Under the pieces are notes generated by a model, which did not search any database, was not told the origin of the DNA, and was given only the letters and a program-made list of their open reading frames with translations. From Myxococcota bacterium (lineage in GTDB: Bacteria > Myxococcota > JACRCW01), in assembly GCA_040752415.1 (NCBI GenBank), contig JBFMGU010000126.1, positions 1 to 30,413 of the forward strand: a DNA stretch of 30,413 bases. Direction: 5' to 3'. Shown piece by piece: positions 1 to 8,186 of this stretch (position 1 is its first letter; each line of letters starts with the position of its first letter). Both the position numbers and the translations under genes were made by a program.

Positions 1-51
1 AACGCAGACGCCCTCTTTCCGACGAGAAAACGCCCCAGGTCCAAAGGAGTG

Positions 52-101
52 CCCCCTTCCCCGGCTCGGTGACGACGGAAAATCGGGACTGGGGAAGGGG
101 G
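52..101. repeat. Inverted repeat / GC-rich hairpin (CCCCCTTCCCC ... GGGGAAGGGGG)
   Basis: 52-62 is the exact reverse complement of 91-101. It lies downstream of the minus-strand ORF 278-1261. There is no clear U-tract, so its function is unassigned. Confidence 0.5.
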
Positions 102-162
102 GCGAGCGGACGCAGTGGCCCAAGCGTGGGGGGTTAGGTGTTCGCCGCCCTCGCCGGAACGC

Positions 163-377
163 CCAGGCCACTGGATTCCTGCCAGAAATGACTGGAATTC
201 ACCCAGGCAAGATGAGCGCGATGTTTGCCTGGAAAACGAACATCATGCCTGGGAAGACACATAACTTGCCTGGAAGGTCATCGATCTTGCCTGGCCAATA
301 CCCGCTTCTGCCTGGATGCGGCCTTCTTTGCCTGGGCCTTGATCGGCCTTGCCGGGGGTGCCGGGATGCTTTCCGGG
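163..377. repeat. Phased ~21-bp array with a TGCCTGG core and variable spacers
   Basis: TGCCTGG starts at 226, 246, 267, 288, 309 and 329, with degenerate TGCCGGG at 350 and TTCCGGG at 371. Inverted CCAG(G) cores lie at 163, 182 and 203. Confidence 0.8.
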
Positions 378-1261
378 GCGGCTGGAGATGGGTCCAAGGG
401 GGTCGCAGGCACGTCAGGAGGTGGCGGAGCCATTGTCGCGGCGTGCATGGGAGACTCCGCGGGCTCAGTGGTCGACACCTTGGCCTTCTTGCCGCGCTTC
501 GGCGGGGCCGCCGCCTTCCCCCGCCGGTTCTCCCACGCGCGCCTCTCGGCGCTGATGGCGGGTAGGCGGAAGGGCCGGGGTGGCTTGGGGGTGCCCCAGG
601 GCACCGCGTCCGCCCATCCGGCGACGTAGTTCAGCACCCCCAACATCAACGCGCCCACCGCCGTCGTGTCGGCCTCCGCCTCCACGCGCAATGCCTCCTC
701 GGTCTCGGCAAGAAGCAGCATCTCCCGGGCGCGCGCCAGGGCCTGCTCCACCGGCGACAAGAGGCGCTTCAGCCGCCGGGCCACGTGAGGCGTTCGCTTG
801 GCCACCGCGTGCAACCTCACGACCAGCCGCTCTCGTTCGGTCAACAACCCCCACGGATTGTCCTCGGAGGTGGTGCGCAGGATGAGGTTTGCCGGAGACG
901 CGCCCTCGTTCCGTGCAGTGGTGATCGCAACCTGGAGATCGTGCTCGGATTCACGCAGCGCCTTGATCGCCTGTTCGGTCAGGGTGTCCAGCCGCACCCC
1001 GCCCAATTTCACTTCACCCTCGACGGTGCCCTCGAAGCCCAGCAGGGCCTCCAGTTGCTGGAAGTGCGCCCCGGTCACCGGGACCTCGTGTTCCTTTAGG
1101 CCGTCCAGGTACGCCGGGCCATCCACGCTGAGCTCGAAGGCGTCGCGGCGGATGGCGTCATGCGAATGGCGAGGATGCGTGGTGACACCCACCGCCTTCT
1201 TCCGACGCCACTCCCGCACGTCCTCCGCCACCTTTGCCTCGAGCTTCTCCGCCTCGGACAT
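278..1261 (-). CDS. Hypothetical protein (helical, with a Pro/Lys-rich low-complexity C-terminus)
   Basis: 327-aa ORF with a GGAGG RBS just upstream of the ATG and protein-like composition. No family recognised. Confidence 0.7.
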   Translation of the reverse strand: MSEAEKLEAKVAEDVREWRRKKAVGVTTHPRHSHDAIRRDAFELSVDGPAYLDGLKEHEVPVTGAHFQQLEALLGFEGTVEGEVKLGGVRLDTLTEQAIKALRESEHDLQVAITTARNEGASPANLILRTTSEDNPWGLLTERERLVVRLHAVAKRTPHVARRLKRLLSPVEQALARAREMLLLAETEEALRVEAEADTTAVGALMLGVLNYVAGWADAVPWGTPKPPRPFRLPAISAERRAWENRRGKAAAPPKRGKKAKVSTTEPAESPMHAATMAPPPPDVPATPLDPSPAAPESIPAPPARPIKAQAKKAASRQKRVLARQDR

Positions 1262-1304
1262 GCTGCCTCCGTCTCCCTCGATGAGTTGTGGGGGTTCTTG
1301 AGCT

Positions 1305-1403
1305 TCAGCGTCGGGTGGCGCGCCAGGAGAGCCAGCCCGACCACGCCGTCAGCACGGCGAGCAGCACCAGCGGGAAGTTGTCCGGTTGCCACCACAGGTT
1401 CAC
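1305..1403 (-). CDS. Small membrane protein, 32 aa (MNLWWQPDNFPLVLLAVLTAWSGWLSWRATRR)
   Basis: GTG at 1403 has GGAGG (1410-1414, minus strand) 6 nt upstream. One hydrophobic segment is followed by a basic tail; TGA at 1305-1307. Confidence 0.6.
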   Translation of the reverse strand: MNLWWQPDNFPLVLLAVLTAWSGWLSWRATRR

Positions 1404-1492
1404 GCGGTACCTCCGCGCGGGGAGCCTAGCGCGCTTTGACCGGGAGGGTGCGCCCGGGCCAAAGAAGGGCCTCCGTGACTGGGAGAAGGACG

Positions 1493-3097
1493 ATGAGCGG
1501 CGCAAAGAAGGCAGACGGCAACGACGTGCGGAAGACCTCCAGCGGCATCGAGCTCAAGCCCGTGCACGGCCCCACGACGGACGCGACGCACTTCCAGGAA
1601 CGCGTGGGCCTGCCCGGCGAGTTCCCCTTCACCCGCGGCGTCCACCCCAGCGGCTACCGCTCCAAGCTGTGGACCATGCGGCAGTACGCCGGCTTTGGCA
1701 CCGCCGAGGAATCCAACGCGCGCTACCGCTACCTGCTCTCCCAGGGCCAGACCGGGCTCAGCGTGGCGTTCGACCTGCCCACGCAGATGGGCCTGGACCC
1801 CGACCACCCGCGCGCCCTGGGCGAGGTGGGCAAGGTGGGCGTCTCCATTGCCACCCTGGGCGACATGCAGACGCTGCTCAAGGACATCCCGCTGGACAAG
1901 GTGTCCACCAGCATGACCATCAACTCCACCGCCACCACGTTGCTGAGCCTCTATTGCGTGGTGGCCGAGCAGCAGAAGGTCCCCTGGGGTGAGCTCAACG
2001 GCACCGTCCAGAATGACATCCTCAAGGAGTACATGGCGCGCGGCACGTACATCTATCCGCCCACGCCCAGCCTGCGCCTGACCACGGACCTCTTCGCTTT
2101 CTGCGCGGAGAAGGTGCCCAGGTGGAACACCATCTCCATCAGCGGCTACCACATCCGCGAAGCGGGCTGCACCGCGGCCCAGGAGCTGGCCTTCACGCTC
2201 TCCGACGGTGTGGCCTACGTGGAAGCGGCCATGAAGCGCGGGCTCAACGTCGACGAGTTCGCGGGGCGGCTCAGCTTCTTCTTCAACGCGCACAACAACC
2301 TGCTGGAAGAGGTGGCGAAGTTCCGCGCCGCGCGCCGGATGTGGGCGCGGATCATGCGGGACCGCTTCAAGGCGAAGAACCCGCGCAGCTGGATGCTGCG
2401 GTTCCACACCCAGACCGCCGGCTCCACGCTCACCGCGCAACAGGTGGACAACAACGTGGTGCGCGTGACGCTGCAGGCGCTGGCCGCGGTGCTGGGCGGA
2501 ACACAGAGCCTCCACACCAACGGCAAGGACGAGGCGCTGTCGCTGCCCACCGAGGCGTCGGCGACGCTGGCGCTGCGCACGCAGCAGATCATCGGGTACG
2601 AGAGCGGCGTGGTGGACACCGTGGACCCGCTGGCGGGCAGCTACGTGGTGGAGCACCTCACCGACGAGCTGGAAGCCCGCGCGCTGGCGTTGATGGAGAA
2701 GGTGGATGCGCTGGGCGGCATGGTGCGCGCCATTGAGCAGGGGTTCCCGCAGCAGGAAATCCAGGACGCCGCGTACGAGGCGCAGCTGGCCGTGGAGACG
2801 GGACGCCAGGTGGTGGTGGGCGTGAACAAGTTCGTCACCGACAACGTGGAGCCGGAGCGCATGAAGCTGGACCCCGCCATGGAGCGCGCACGGGTGGAGG
2901 CGGTGCGGGCGTGGCGTGCGGGTCGGGACCCGGGGCCGGTGGAGGATGCGCAGCGTCGACTGGCGGAAGGGGCGCGGGGTGGGGACAACCTGATGCCGCG
3001 CATCATTGACGCCATCCGCGCCAGGGTCACGCTGGGGGAAGTCTCCGAGACGCTGCGTGGGGTCTTCGGGGAGTACCGCGAGGACGTGGTGCTCTAA
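1493..3097 (+). CDS. Methylmalonyl-CoA mutase, large (substrate-binding) subunit of a split enzyme
   Basis: Motifs [62 protein letters not shown] and GGTQSLHTN. Tyr in RQYAGF and Arg in YMARG are the MCM-type specificity residues. There is no C-terminal DxHxxG B12-binding domain. ATG 1493 follows GGAGAAGGA. Confidence 0.93.
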   Translation: MSGAKKADGNDVRKTSSGIELKPVHGPTTDATHFQERVGLPGEFPFTRGVHPSGYRSKLWTMRQYAGFGTAEESNARYRYLLSQGQTGLSVAFDLPTQMGLDPDHPRALGEVGKVGVSIATLGDMQTLLKDIPLDKVSTSMTINSTATTLLSLYCVVAEQQKVPWGELNGTVQNDILKEYMARGTYIYPPTPSLRLTTDLFAFCAEKVPRWNTISISGYHIREAGCTAAQELAFTLSDGVAYVEAAMKRGLNVDEFAGRLSFFFNAHNNLLEEVAKFRAARRMWARIMRDRFKAKNPRSWMLRFHTQTAGSTLTAQQVDNNVVRVTLQALAAVLGGTQSLHTNGKDEALSLPTEASATLALRTQQIIGYESGVVDTVDPLAGSYVVEHLTDELEARALALMEKVDALGGMVRAIEQGFPQQEIQDAAYEAQLAVETGRQVVVGVNKFVTDNVEPERMKLDPAMERARVEAVRAWRAGRDPGPVEDAQRRLAEGARGGDNLMPRIIDAIRARVTLGEVSETLRGVFGEYREDVVL

Positions 3098-3201
3098 ACA
3101 ACGCCTCAACATCGCTAAGTCGTCGTTAACACCACCGGCCGTGCGTGAGAAGCCTGACGCAGGATGGGCCGCGGCCACGGCTGGTCCGCTGGGAGGCATC
3201 C

Positions 3202-3987
3202 ATGGGTGGCTTGGTTGCGCGTGTCGTCGGGGCGTTGGTGGCGGGCCTGCTGGTGGGTTGCGTGGGGAACAAGCCCATCAGCCAGGACGCGTTGAAGAAC
3301 ATCAAGAGCGCCGCGGTGGTCTCGCTGATGGCGCCCATTGCGCCCCGTTACAACAATGACCGCAGCTCGTTGACCACTGGCGTCGGGGTGGACCTGGGGT
3401 GGCGGGTGGGCGGCCTGAAGAATGAGCACGTCCGAGGCGCCCTGGACGCCTTCCTGGAGGAGCTCACCAGCGCTCCCAGCTCCGTGAAATGGCTCAGCCA
3501 GAAGCAGGTGGCAAACCACAAGGCCTACCGCGCCCTGAAGCCCAACCCGCCCCAGGTGGACATCATCAACCCCACCGGCCTGGACCGGCTCATTCCCTTC
3601 ACGCCCAAAGGCAACGGTGGGCTGGCCCGTGACCTCGACGTGGACATGGTGGTCGTCGTCAAGTTCCACTACTACATCGTGTACATGGACTCGCAGTTTG
3701 CCCTGGGAAAGCAGGACCACTCCTTGCGGACGGAGATGGATGTCACGGGTTACAGCCGGGACGGCGCGGTCATCTGGAACGAACAACACATCTACGCCGA
3801 GACCGACGAGCTGTATCACGGTCGCGGTGGGAAACCGGACGACTTCTCCGTCTACGCCGCCGTGATGGAGGACCTGTTCCGCAACGGCGGGAAGACCGTT
3901 GCCAAGCGCCTGAAGCCGCGCTCCTCCGACGCCACCAAGGCCAAGGCCAAGAAGAAGAAGGCGAAGAAGGAAGCGGACGACGAGTGA
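3202..3987 (+). CDS. Putative lipoprotein of unknown function
   Basis: GGGAGG RBS at 3191-3196; signal peptide with lipobox LLVG-C; Lys-rich C-terminal tail. Confidence 0.75.
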   Translation: MGGLVARVVGALVAGLLVGCVGNKPISQDALKNIKSAAVVSLMAPIAPRYNNDRSSLTTGVGVDLGWRVGGLKNEHVRGALDAFLEELTSAPSSVKWLSQKQVANHKAYRALKPNPPQVDIINPTGLDRLIPFTPKGNGGLARDLDVDMVVVVKFHYYIVYMDSQFALGKQDHSLRTEMDVTGYSRDGAVIWNEQHIYAETDELYHGRGGKPDDFSVYAAVMEDLFRNGGKTVAKRLKPRSSDATKAKAKKKKAKKEADDE

Positions 3988-3988
3988 G

Positions 3989-6136
3989 CTAATCGTTCGC
4001 TCCGCTTCCCTGCTCCTTCGCGGCGAACGGGAAGGCGCCGTCGTCGTACCAGAAGCCCGCGTGCAGCTGTCGGGGCCGGCCGTGGTTCGTCCGCTCAACG
4101 CCACAGGCTTCCGCCAACTCCCGGCACATCTTCTCCACCTGGTGCGCAATCTGCGGCGCGAGCTCCCGGCTGGCGACGTAGAGCCGGTAGCCCAGCAGCT
4201 GGTGTTCCTCCGTGATGGCCAGCAGCTTGCGCGCCAGGATGGTGCCGGAGGCGTCGCGCACGTAGAGCACGCGCTTGTTGGCATCCAACGCGTTGATGAT
4301 GGTGGACGCGGCGTTCTCTCCGTCGGTTAGCGAGAGACAGGTGTGGAACGGGATGCCCATGCGGAGCACCTCCAGCGGATCCTCCTCGAGGTGGAGTGTG
4401 AGGGACCGCCCGTTCAGCTCCACCGTCCGACGACGCGGCGCCAGCCAGGCCGCCACGTCCATGTGGTCCTGCGCGCTGGCCAGCCACGCCTGGTTCTCCG
4501 CCGACGCGCGCACGATGGGACGGCCCGGATTGGCCGCGGCAAGGCGAAGCAGCCGCGCCAGCAACCCCTGGTTCTGCTCGACGACGAAGTGGAACTGCAG
4601 CGCGTCGCGCCAGGCGGGCGTCACCTCCGGCAACGTGATGTTCCACAGCTCGCGCAGCAGGATGCGGACCAGCTCGTCGTGTTGGACGCGCCAGGCGCGC
4701 TGCAGCAGGTCGGGGATCCGGTCCGCGATGCGACGACGGGTGCGCGCCGGGGTGGGTGCTTCGTCGGTGTCATGCTGGAGGAGCAGCTGGAGGATGCGGT
4801 GTTTCTGTTCCTCCGTGGGCTCCGGGACCGAACGCAGGTGCTCCAGCTGGCCGCGGACACGCGCCGCGCGCGAGTAGTCCTCCAACAACGCACGGGACAA
4901 AGCCACCGGCTCCTGGGCCAGCGCGCACAGGTGGAGGTAGCGGTCGAGCAGCGGGTCGTCGTCGAGCCAGGAGGCGAAGGCGGCGTCCGTCCGTCGTCCC
5001 AGACCCGGCGTGGTGCCCTCAAGCCGCGCGAGCACCTGGTGCGCGCGGTCCGGCGCGCCGCGGAAGAGCGCCAGCGCGGTGCCCAGGGAACGGATGGCGC
5101 TCCCGGTGTCACGCGTGGGCGCGTCCATCAGGCAATGCAGGAGCAAACCCAGGTCCACGTCGCGAAACACACGAAGTTGCGCGAAGCGCTGAATGGGAAG
5201 CGCCAACGTCACGCCCTGCGCCGCATAGTGGGGCACCAGCCGGGAGAGCCAGTGGCACCACGCGCGCACGGTGTTTGCCTCGCCATGGAACCCGCGCAGC
5301 GAATTGAGCGGATGGACCGCAGCGGCAGCCTGCAGCAGGGACGGCTCCAATCCTTCCGCCACCCACTCCGCGCATCGCCGCAGAGCGCCGTTGGAGATGG
5401 GCAGCTTGAGCAGCGTGAGTGCCTGGCCCAGCGTGATGCCCGTGGCGCCCAACATCCTGACGCGCTCCGCAACCGGACCCACCACGCTCTGCACGTCCTC
5501 CAGCGCCAGGTGCGTCGCTCCCGCGGGAAACAGGAGCCCCAACCTGGCCAGCGTGTTTGCGACGACGTGGGGATCGGTTCCTGGAACGCGGAGCTCTCGT
5601 GACTGGCGCGCCCACTGGTTGGCGAGGTGGCTCACCGTCTGCGCGGAGGGTTTGCCGTGCAGCTCCGCGATCAAGACGAGCGTCGTCGAGAACCACCGCG
5701 GCAACGACGGGTCCGGGTCCGGCCAGGTCTGGTCCGTGGCCACCAGCTCGCGCGAGAGCGCGGTGATGCGCTCCTGCTTCTCGTCGAGCCACGCAGGGGT
5801 GAGGCCGCCGTAGCGACGGTACAGCCGCGGCGCCTCCCGACGCAGGTCGCGGTGCTGCAACGCCTTCCCCAGCCGCTTCAGGTCGTGCTGGCAGCCAGCG
5901 AGGAACGCGGGTGTCAGCGCCAGAGGCTGGCCGTCCACGTCGACACCCGCCTGCAGCTGCTGCAGCGTGGGCGGTGCATGGGCCTGGCAGGCGTGCAGCA
6001 GCGGCGTCACGTGGCGGACGGCCTTCACGCGGACCAGGTGCGGCCCGGAGGCGCAATGCACCAGGCGTGCGTCCAGCTTCTCCAGTCGGACCAGGCAGCG
6101 CTGCCAGTCCTTGATGTCGTCCTTGACCTTGGGCAT
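3989..6136 (-). CDS. Hypothetical protein with a conserved-looking C-terminal domain (LRMG..TCLS..NALDANK.V.Y.RD)
   Basis: Long ORF of about 715 aa from ATG 6136, convergent with and abutting the lipoprotein gene. Start is uncertain (alternative 6184). Confidence 0.72.
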   Translation of the reverse strand: MPKVKDDIKDWQRCLVRLEKLDARLVHCASGPHLVRVKAVRHVTPLLHACQAHAPPTLQQLQAGVDVDGQPLALTPAFLAGCQHDLKRLGKALQHRDLRREAPRLYRRYGGLTPAWLDEKQERITALSRELVATDQTWPDPDPSLPRWFSTTLVLIAELHGKPSAQTVSHLANQWARQSRELRVPGTDPHVVANTLARLGLLFPAGATHLALEDVQSVVGPVAERVRMLGATGITLGQALTLLKLPISNGALRRCAEWVAEGLEPSLLQAAAAVHPLNSLRGFHGEANTVRAWCHWLSRLVPHYAAQGVTLALPIQRFAQLRVFRDVDLGLLLHCLMDAPTRDTGSAIRSLGTALALFRGAPDRAHQVLARLEGTTPGLGRRTDAAFASWLDDDPLLDRYLHLCALAQEPVALSRALLEDYSRAARVRGQLEHLRSVPEPTEEQKHRILQLLLQHDTDEAPTPARTRRRIADRIPDLLQRAWRVQHDELVRILLRELWNITLPEVTPAWRDALQFHFVVEQNQGLLARLLRLAAANPGRPIVRASAENQAWLASAQDHMDVAAWLAPRRRTVELNGRSLTLHLEEDPLEVLRMGIPFHTCLSLTDGENAASTIINALDANKRVLYVRDASGTILARKLLAITEEHQLLGYRLYVASRELAPQIAHQVEKMCRELAEACGVERTNHGRPRQLHAGFWYDDGAFPFAAKEQGSGAND

Positions 6137-6221
6137 GGGACCTTGGTCGCAATCCTTGCCGAGCTCCGCACCGGATGCACCCACCGACGGAAAATCACCG
6201 CCATGGCTCCGGTTCCGCGGC

Positions 6222-6237
6222 CGGCTCGTTGTGTGCA
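6222..6237 (+). promoter_or_regulatory. Possible sigma54 (-24/-12) promoter for the CBS gene
   Basis: CGGCTCGTTGTGTGCA has GG-N10-GC spacing and partly matches TGGCACG-N4-TTGCW. It ends about 38 nt before the ATG. Confidence 0.35.
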
Positions 6238-6274
6238 GGTGAGCCGGTTAGCACATCCCTCGAAGGGAGGAACC

Positions 6275-6712
6275 ATGACCGCCATGACAGTTGAGACCGT
6301 GATGACGCCTTCCCCGCACTCCATTGGCAAGGACCAGACAATGGCCAAGGCGCACGAGGTGATGCGCCAGTACCGCATCCGTCACCTGCCGGTGCTGGAG
6401 GCCGGGCAGATCATTGGCGTGGTCACCGAGCGCGACCTCCACCTCATGGAAACCCTCCCCGACGTGAAGCCCGAGGAGGTGCAGGTGGAGGATGCCATGA
6501 CCTCCGACCCGTACATCGTGGACCCGGCCACGCCGGTGGAGGAGGTGGCCCTGGCCATGGCGGAGCACAAGTACGGCTGCGCGGTGGTCATGAAGGACGG
6601 GAAGCTCAAGGGTATCTTCACCACGGTGGACGCGCTCCGGGCCTTGGCCGCGCTGATCCGCGCGCCCAAGCGCGCCACGACGTCCAAGGGCAGGAAGCGC
6701 CGCGCAGCCTGA
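6275..6712 (+). CDS. CBS-domain pair protein
   Basis: GGAGG RBS; two CBS repeats (VETVMTPSP..IRHLPV..GVVTERD and VEDAMTSDP..YGCAVV..GIFTTVD). Confidence 0.9.
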   Translation: MTAMTVETVMTPSPHSIGKDQTMAKAHEVMRQYRIRHLPVLEAGQIIGVVTERDLHLMETLPDVKPEEVQVEDAMTSDPYIVDPATPVEEVALAMAEHKYGCAVVMKDGKLKGIFTTVDALRALAALIRAPKRATTSKGRKRRAA

Positions 6713-6793
6713 CGCGGTCGACGAAAAGCGCGCGGCGCGGAGAGGTCGGTGGTGGACCCCTTCGCGCCGTCGGAATTTCCACGTTTGGCGGGC

Positions 6794-7231
6794 TCAGGGT
6801 GAGAGCGCCGAGAGATGCTCGCGGATGGCGCGCAGGTCCTCGTGCACCAGATCCTTGGTCAAGGAAATGGTCACGCACCGGGACGTGGGGCCGCTCAGGT
6901 TGGCGCGCAACAGGCCCAGGAGCTGCGCACCCGCCACCAGCTGCAGCTCCTCGTACGCGCCGTTGCGCCGCCCCTCGTCAAGACGCTTGGCCACGCTGCG
7001 GATGAAGCGCAGGCGCGACTCCGACTCCGCCGGGTCCTCGGTGGACACGCTGTGACGCCCGCCGCCCATGCGGTCATAGACCCGCCCGGCGGCGTCGGAC
7101 CGTTCCGCGCGGAAGTCCCGGTCCGCGTCCTCGTTCATGATGGTTTCCACCGGGGTCATGGCGCTGAGCGCCCCGGCACTGCCAAACACGCGCGCGCGAT
7201 TCTTGTCCACGACGACGATCCACTTCCTCAT
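6794..7231 (-). CDS. Host attachment family protein (AtsE-like / baeRF-related)
   Basis: WIVVVDKNRARVF N-terminus, SDAAGRVYD..GGGRHS, F.R.VAKRLD, LQLVAG..LLGLLR and a C-terminal KDL. Confidence 0.82.
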   Translation of the reverse strand: MRKWIVVVDKNRARVFGSAGALSAMTPVETIMNEDADRDFRAERSDAAGRVYDRMGGGRHSVSTEDPAESESRLRFIRSVAKRLDEGRRNGAYEELQLVAGAQLLGLLRANLSGPTSRCVTISLTKDLVHEDLRAIREHLSALSP

Positions 7232-7275
7232 GACATGCTCCCGTGCGGCAGGTGCAGTTGCCGCGTGTTTGCGTT

Positions 7276-7506
7276 TCAGCCGTAGGCCTCGTCCGTATCC
7301 GCCAGCGCGCTTCCCGGCTCGAAGAGGACGAGCGCGCCAAAACCGCCGCGTCGGTTCTCCTGGGACGCGGGGTCCATGGCGTATTGCACGTCGACGATCT
7401 CACCGCCGGACGCGGCAACCTCGCGCAGCGTGGTGTTCAGCTCAGCCTCGAAGGCGTTTGCCTCGTGGCTGTAGACGTGACGCACCTTCAGTCCCCTGGT
7501 CTTCAT
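7276..7506 (-). CDS. Small hypothetical protein (76 aa), loosely Cse60-like
   Basis: GGAGG RBS upstream of ATG 7506. The pattern LKVRHV..FEAELN..EIVDVQY..FGALVLF resembles small beta-alpha-beta-beta proteins. Confidence 0.65.
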   Translation of the reverse strand: MKTRGLKVRHVYSHEANAFEAELNTTLREVAASGGEIVDVQYAMDPASQENRRGGFGALVLFEPGSALADTDEAYG

Positions 7507-7556
7507 GGTCTGTCCCTCCACGCGGGGCTGCCGCGACGGCGGTGTGGTTCGGTGAA

Positions 7557-8036
7557 TCACTTCCTGACGGCGATCTTGAGCGGTTGCGTGCCGGCCTTGC
7601 GCGGGACGAACACGCTCAGCACACCGTCCTTCAGCTCGGCCACCGTCTTGCTGGTCTCCGCGCCCTCGGGCAGTTGGAAGGTGCGGGAGAACGAGCCGTA
7701 GGTGCGCTCGTAGGTGTACCAGGTGTCGTGTTTGTCCTGCTGCTCCGCTTCGCGCTTGCCGCTGATGGTGAGGCGGTTGTCCGTGATGGTGACGTCGACG
7801 TCATTCTCCTTGACGCCCGGCATGTCACCCTTGAACACAAAACCCTCCTTGTTCTCCTTCACCTCGAACGCCGGGACGAAGCTGGCGTAGCGGTCCATGT
7901 AGCGCTGCAGCGCGGCCGGGCTGCCACGGAAAGGATCCCAGCTCATGAGGTCGCGCATCATGCGGAACGGGTCCCATTCCGAGGCTGGTGGAACAGAAGG
8001 CGCGTTGGACTCCTTGCGCACGGAAAGATTGGCCAC
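7557..8036 (-). CDS. Small heat shock protein, Hsp20/alpha-crystallin family
   Basis: WDPFR repeats in the N-terminus, DMPGVK..DVDV, LTISGKRE, ERTYGSFSRTFQLP, AELKDGVLSV and a C-terminal IAV motif; AAGGAG RBS. Confidence 0.95.
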   Translation of the reverse strand: MANLSVRKESNAPSVPPASEWDPFRMMRDLMSWDPFRGSPAALQRYMDRYASFVPAFEVKENKEGFVFKGDMPGVKENDVDVTITDNRLTISGKREAEQQDKHDTWYTYERTYGSFSRTFQLPEGAETSKTVAELKDGVLSVFVPRKAGTQPLKIAVRK

Positions 8037-8083
8037 GGTGGTCTCCTTGAGGGGGTGGCGTCGCTTGCCACGCCGGTCAGGAG

Positions 8084-8100
8084 AGCAAGCGGTGTTCCAA
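8084..8100 (-). promoter_or_regulatory. Sigma54 (-24/-12) promoter upstream of hsp20
   Basis: The minus strand reads TTGGAACACCGCTTGCT, with GG-N10-GC and a good match to TGGCACG-N4-TTGCW, about 48 nt before the start codon. The palindrome CCATGT-N6-ACATGG is adjacent at 8103-8120. Confidence 0.65.
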
Positions 8101-8186
8101 GCCCATGTGCGGAGACATGGTCCGCGTCGCGCCGCAGCCTTTGCGTTCCCTGCGAAATGGAAGGTGAAAACTTCGTCTGGACTTCG

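Noticed and set aside
80..200. Cobalamin riboswitch, suggested by GGGGAAG, GCCACTGG and GCCAGAAA words near a B12-dependent mutase gene
   Set aside because: The motif order and the core elements (AAxAGGGAA, GCAACTG/CCCCGC) are missing. The site is about 1.3 kb from the mutase with antisense genes in between. An Rfam/Infernal scan would settle it.
226..377. CRISPR array
   Set aside because: The conserved core is only 7-8 bp and the spacers 13-14 bp, far below CRISPR dimensions, and there are no cas genes in the window. Kept as an unexplained phased array.
188..565. Plus-strand ORF with LPG repeats (125 aa)
   Set aside because: It has no RBS, overlaps the better-supported minus-strand gene, and its LPG periodicity is a by-product of the TGCCTGG array and is lost at the 20-bp steps.
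1493..3097. Isobutyryl-CoA or 2-hydroxyisobutyryl-CoA mutase
   Set aside because: RQYAGF (Tyr) and YMARG (Arg) are the methylmalonyl-CoA-type residues. ICM has Phe/Gln and HCM has Ile at the first site.
1400..3199. 599-aa minus-strand ORF
   Set aside because: Antisense shadow of the mutase gene, typical of high-GC codon bias, with no motifs.
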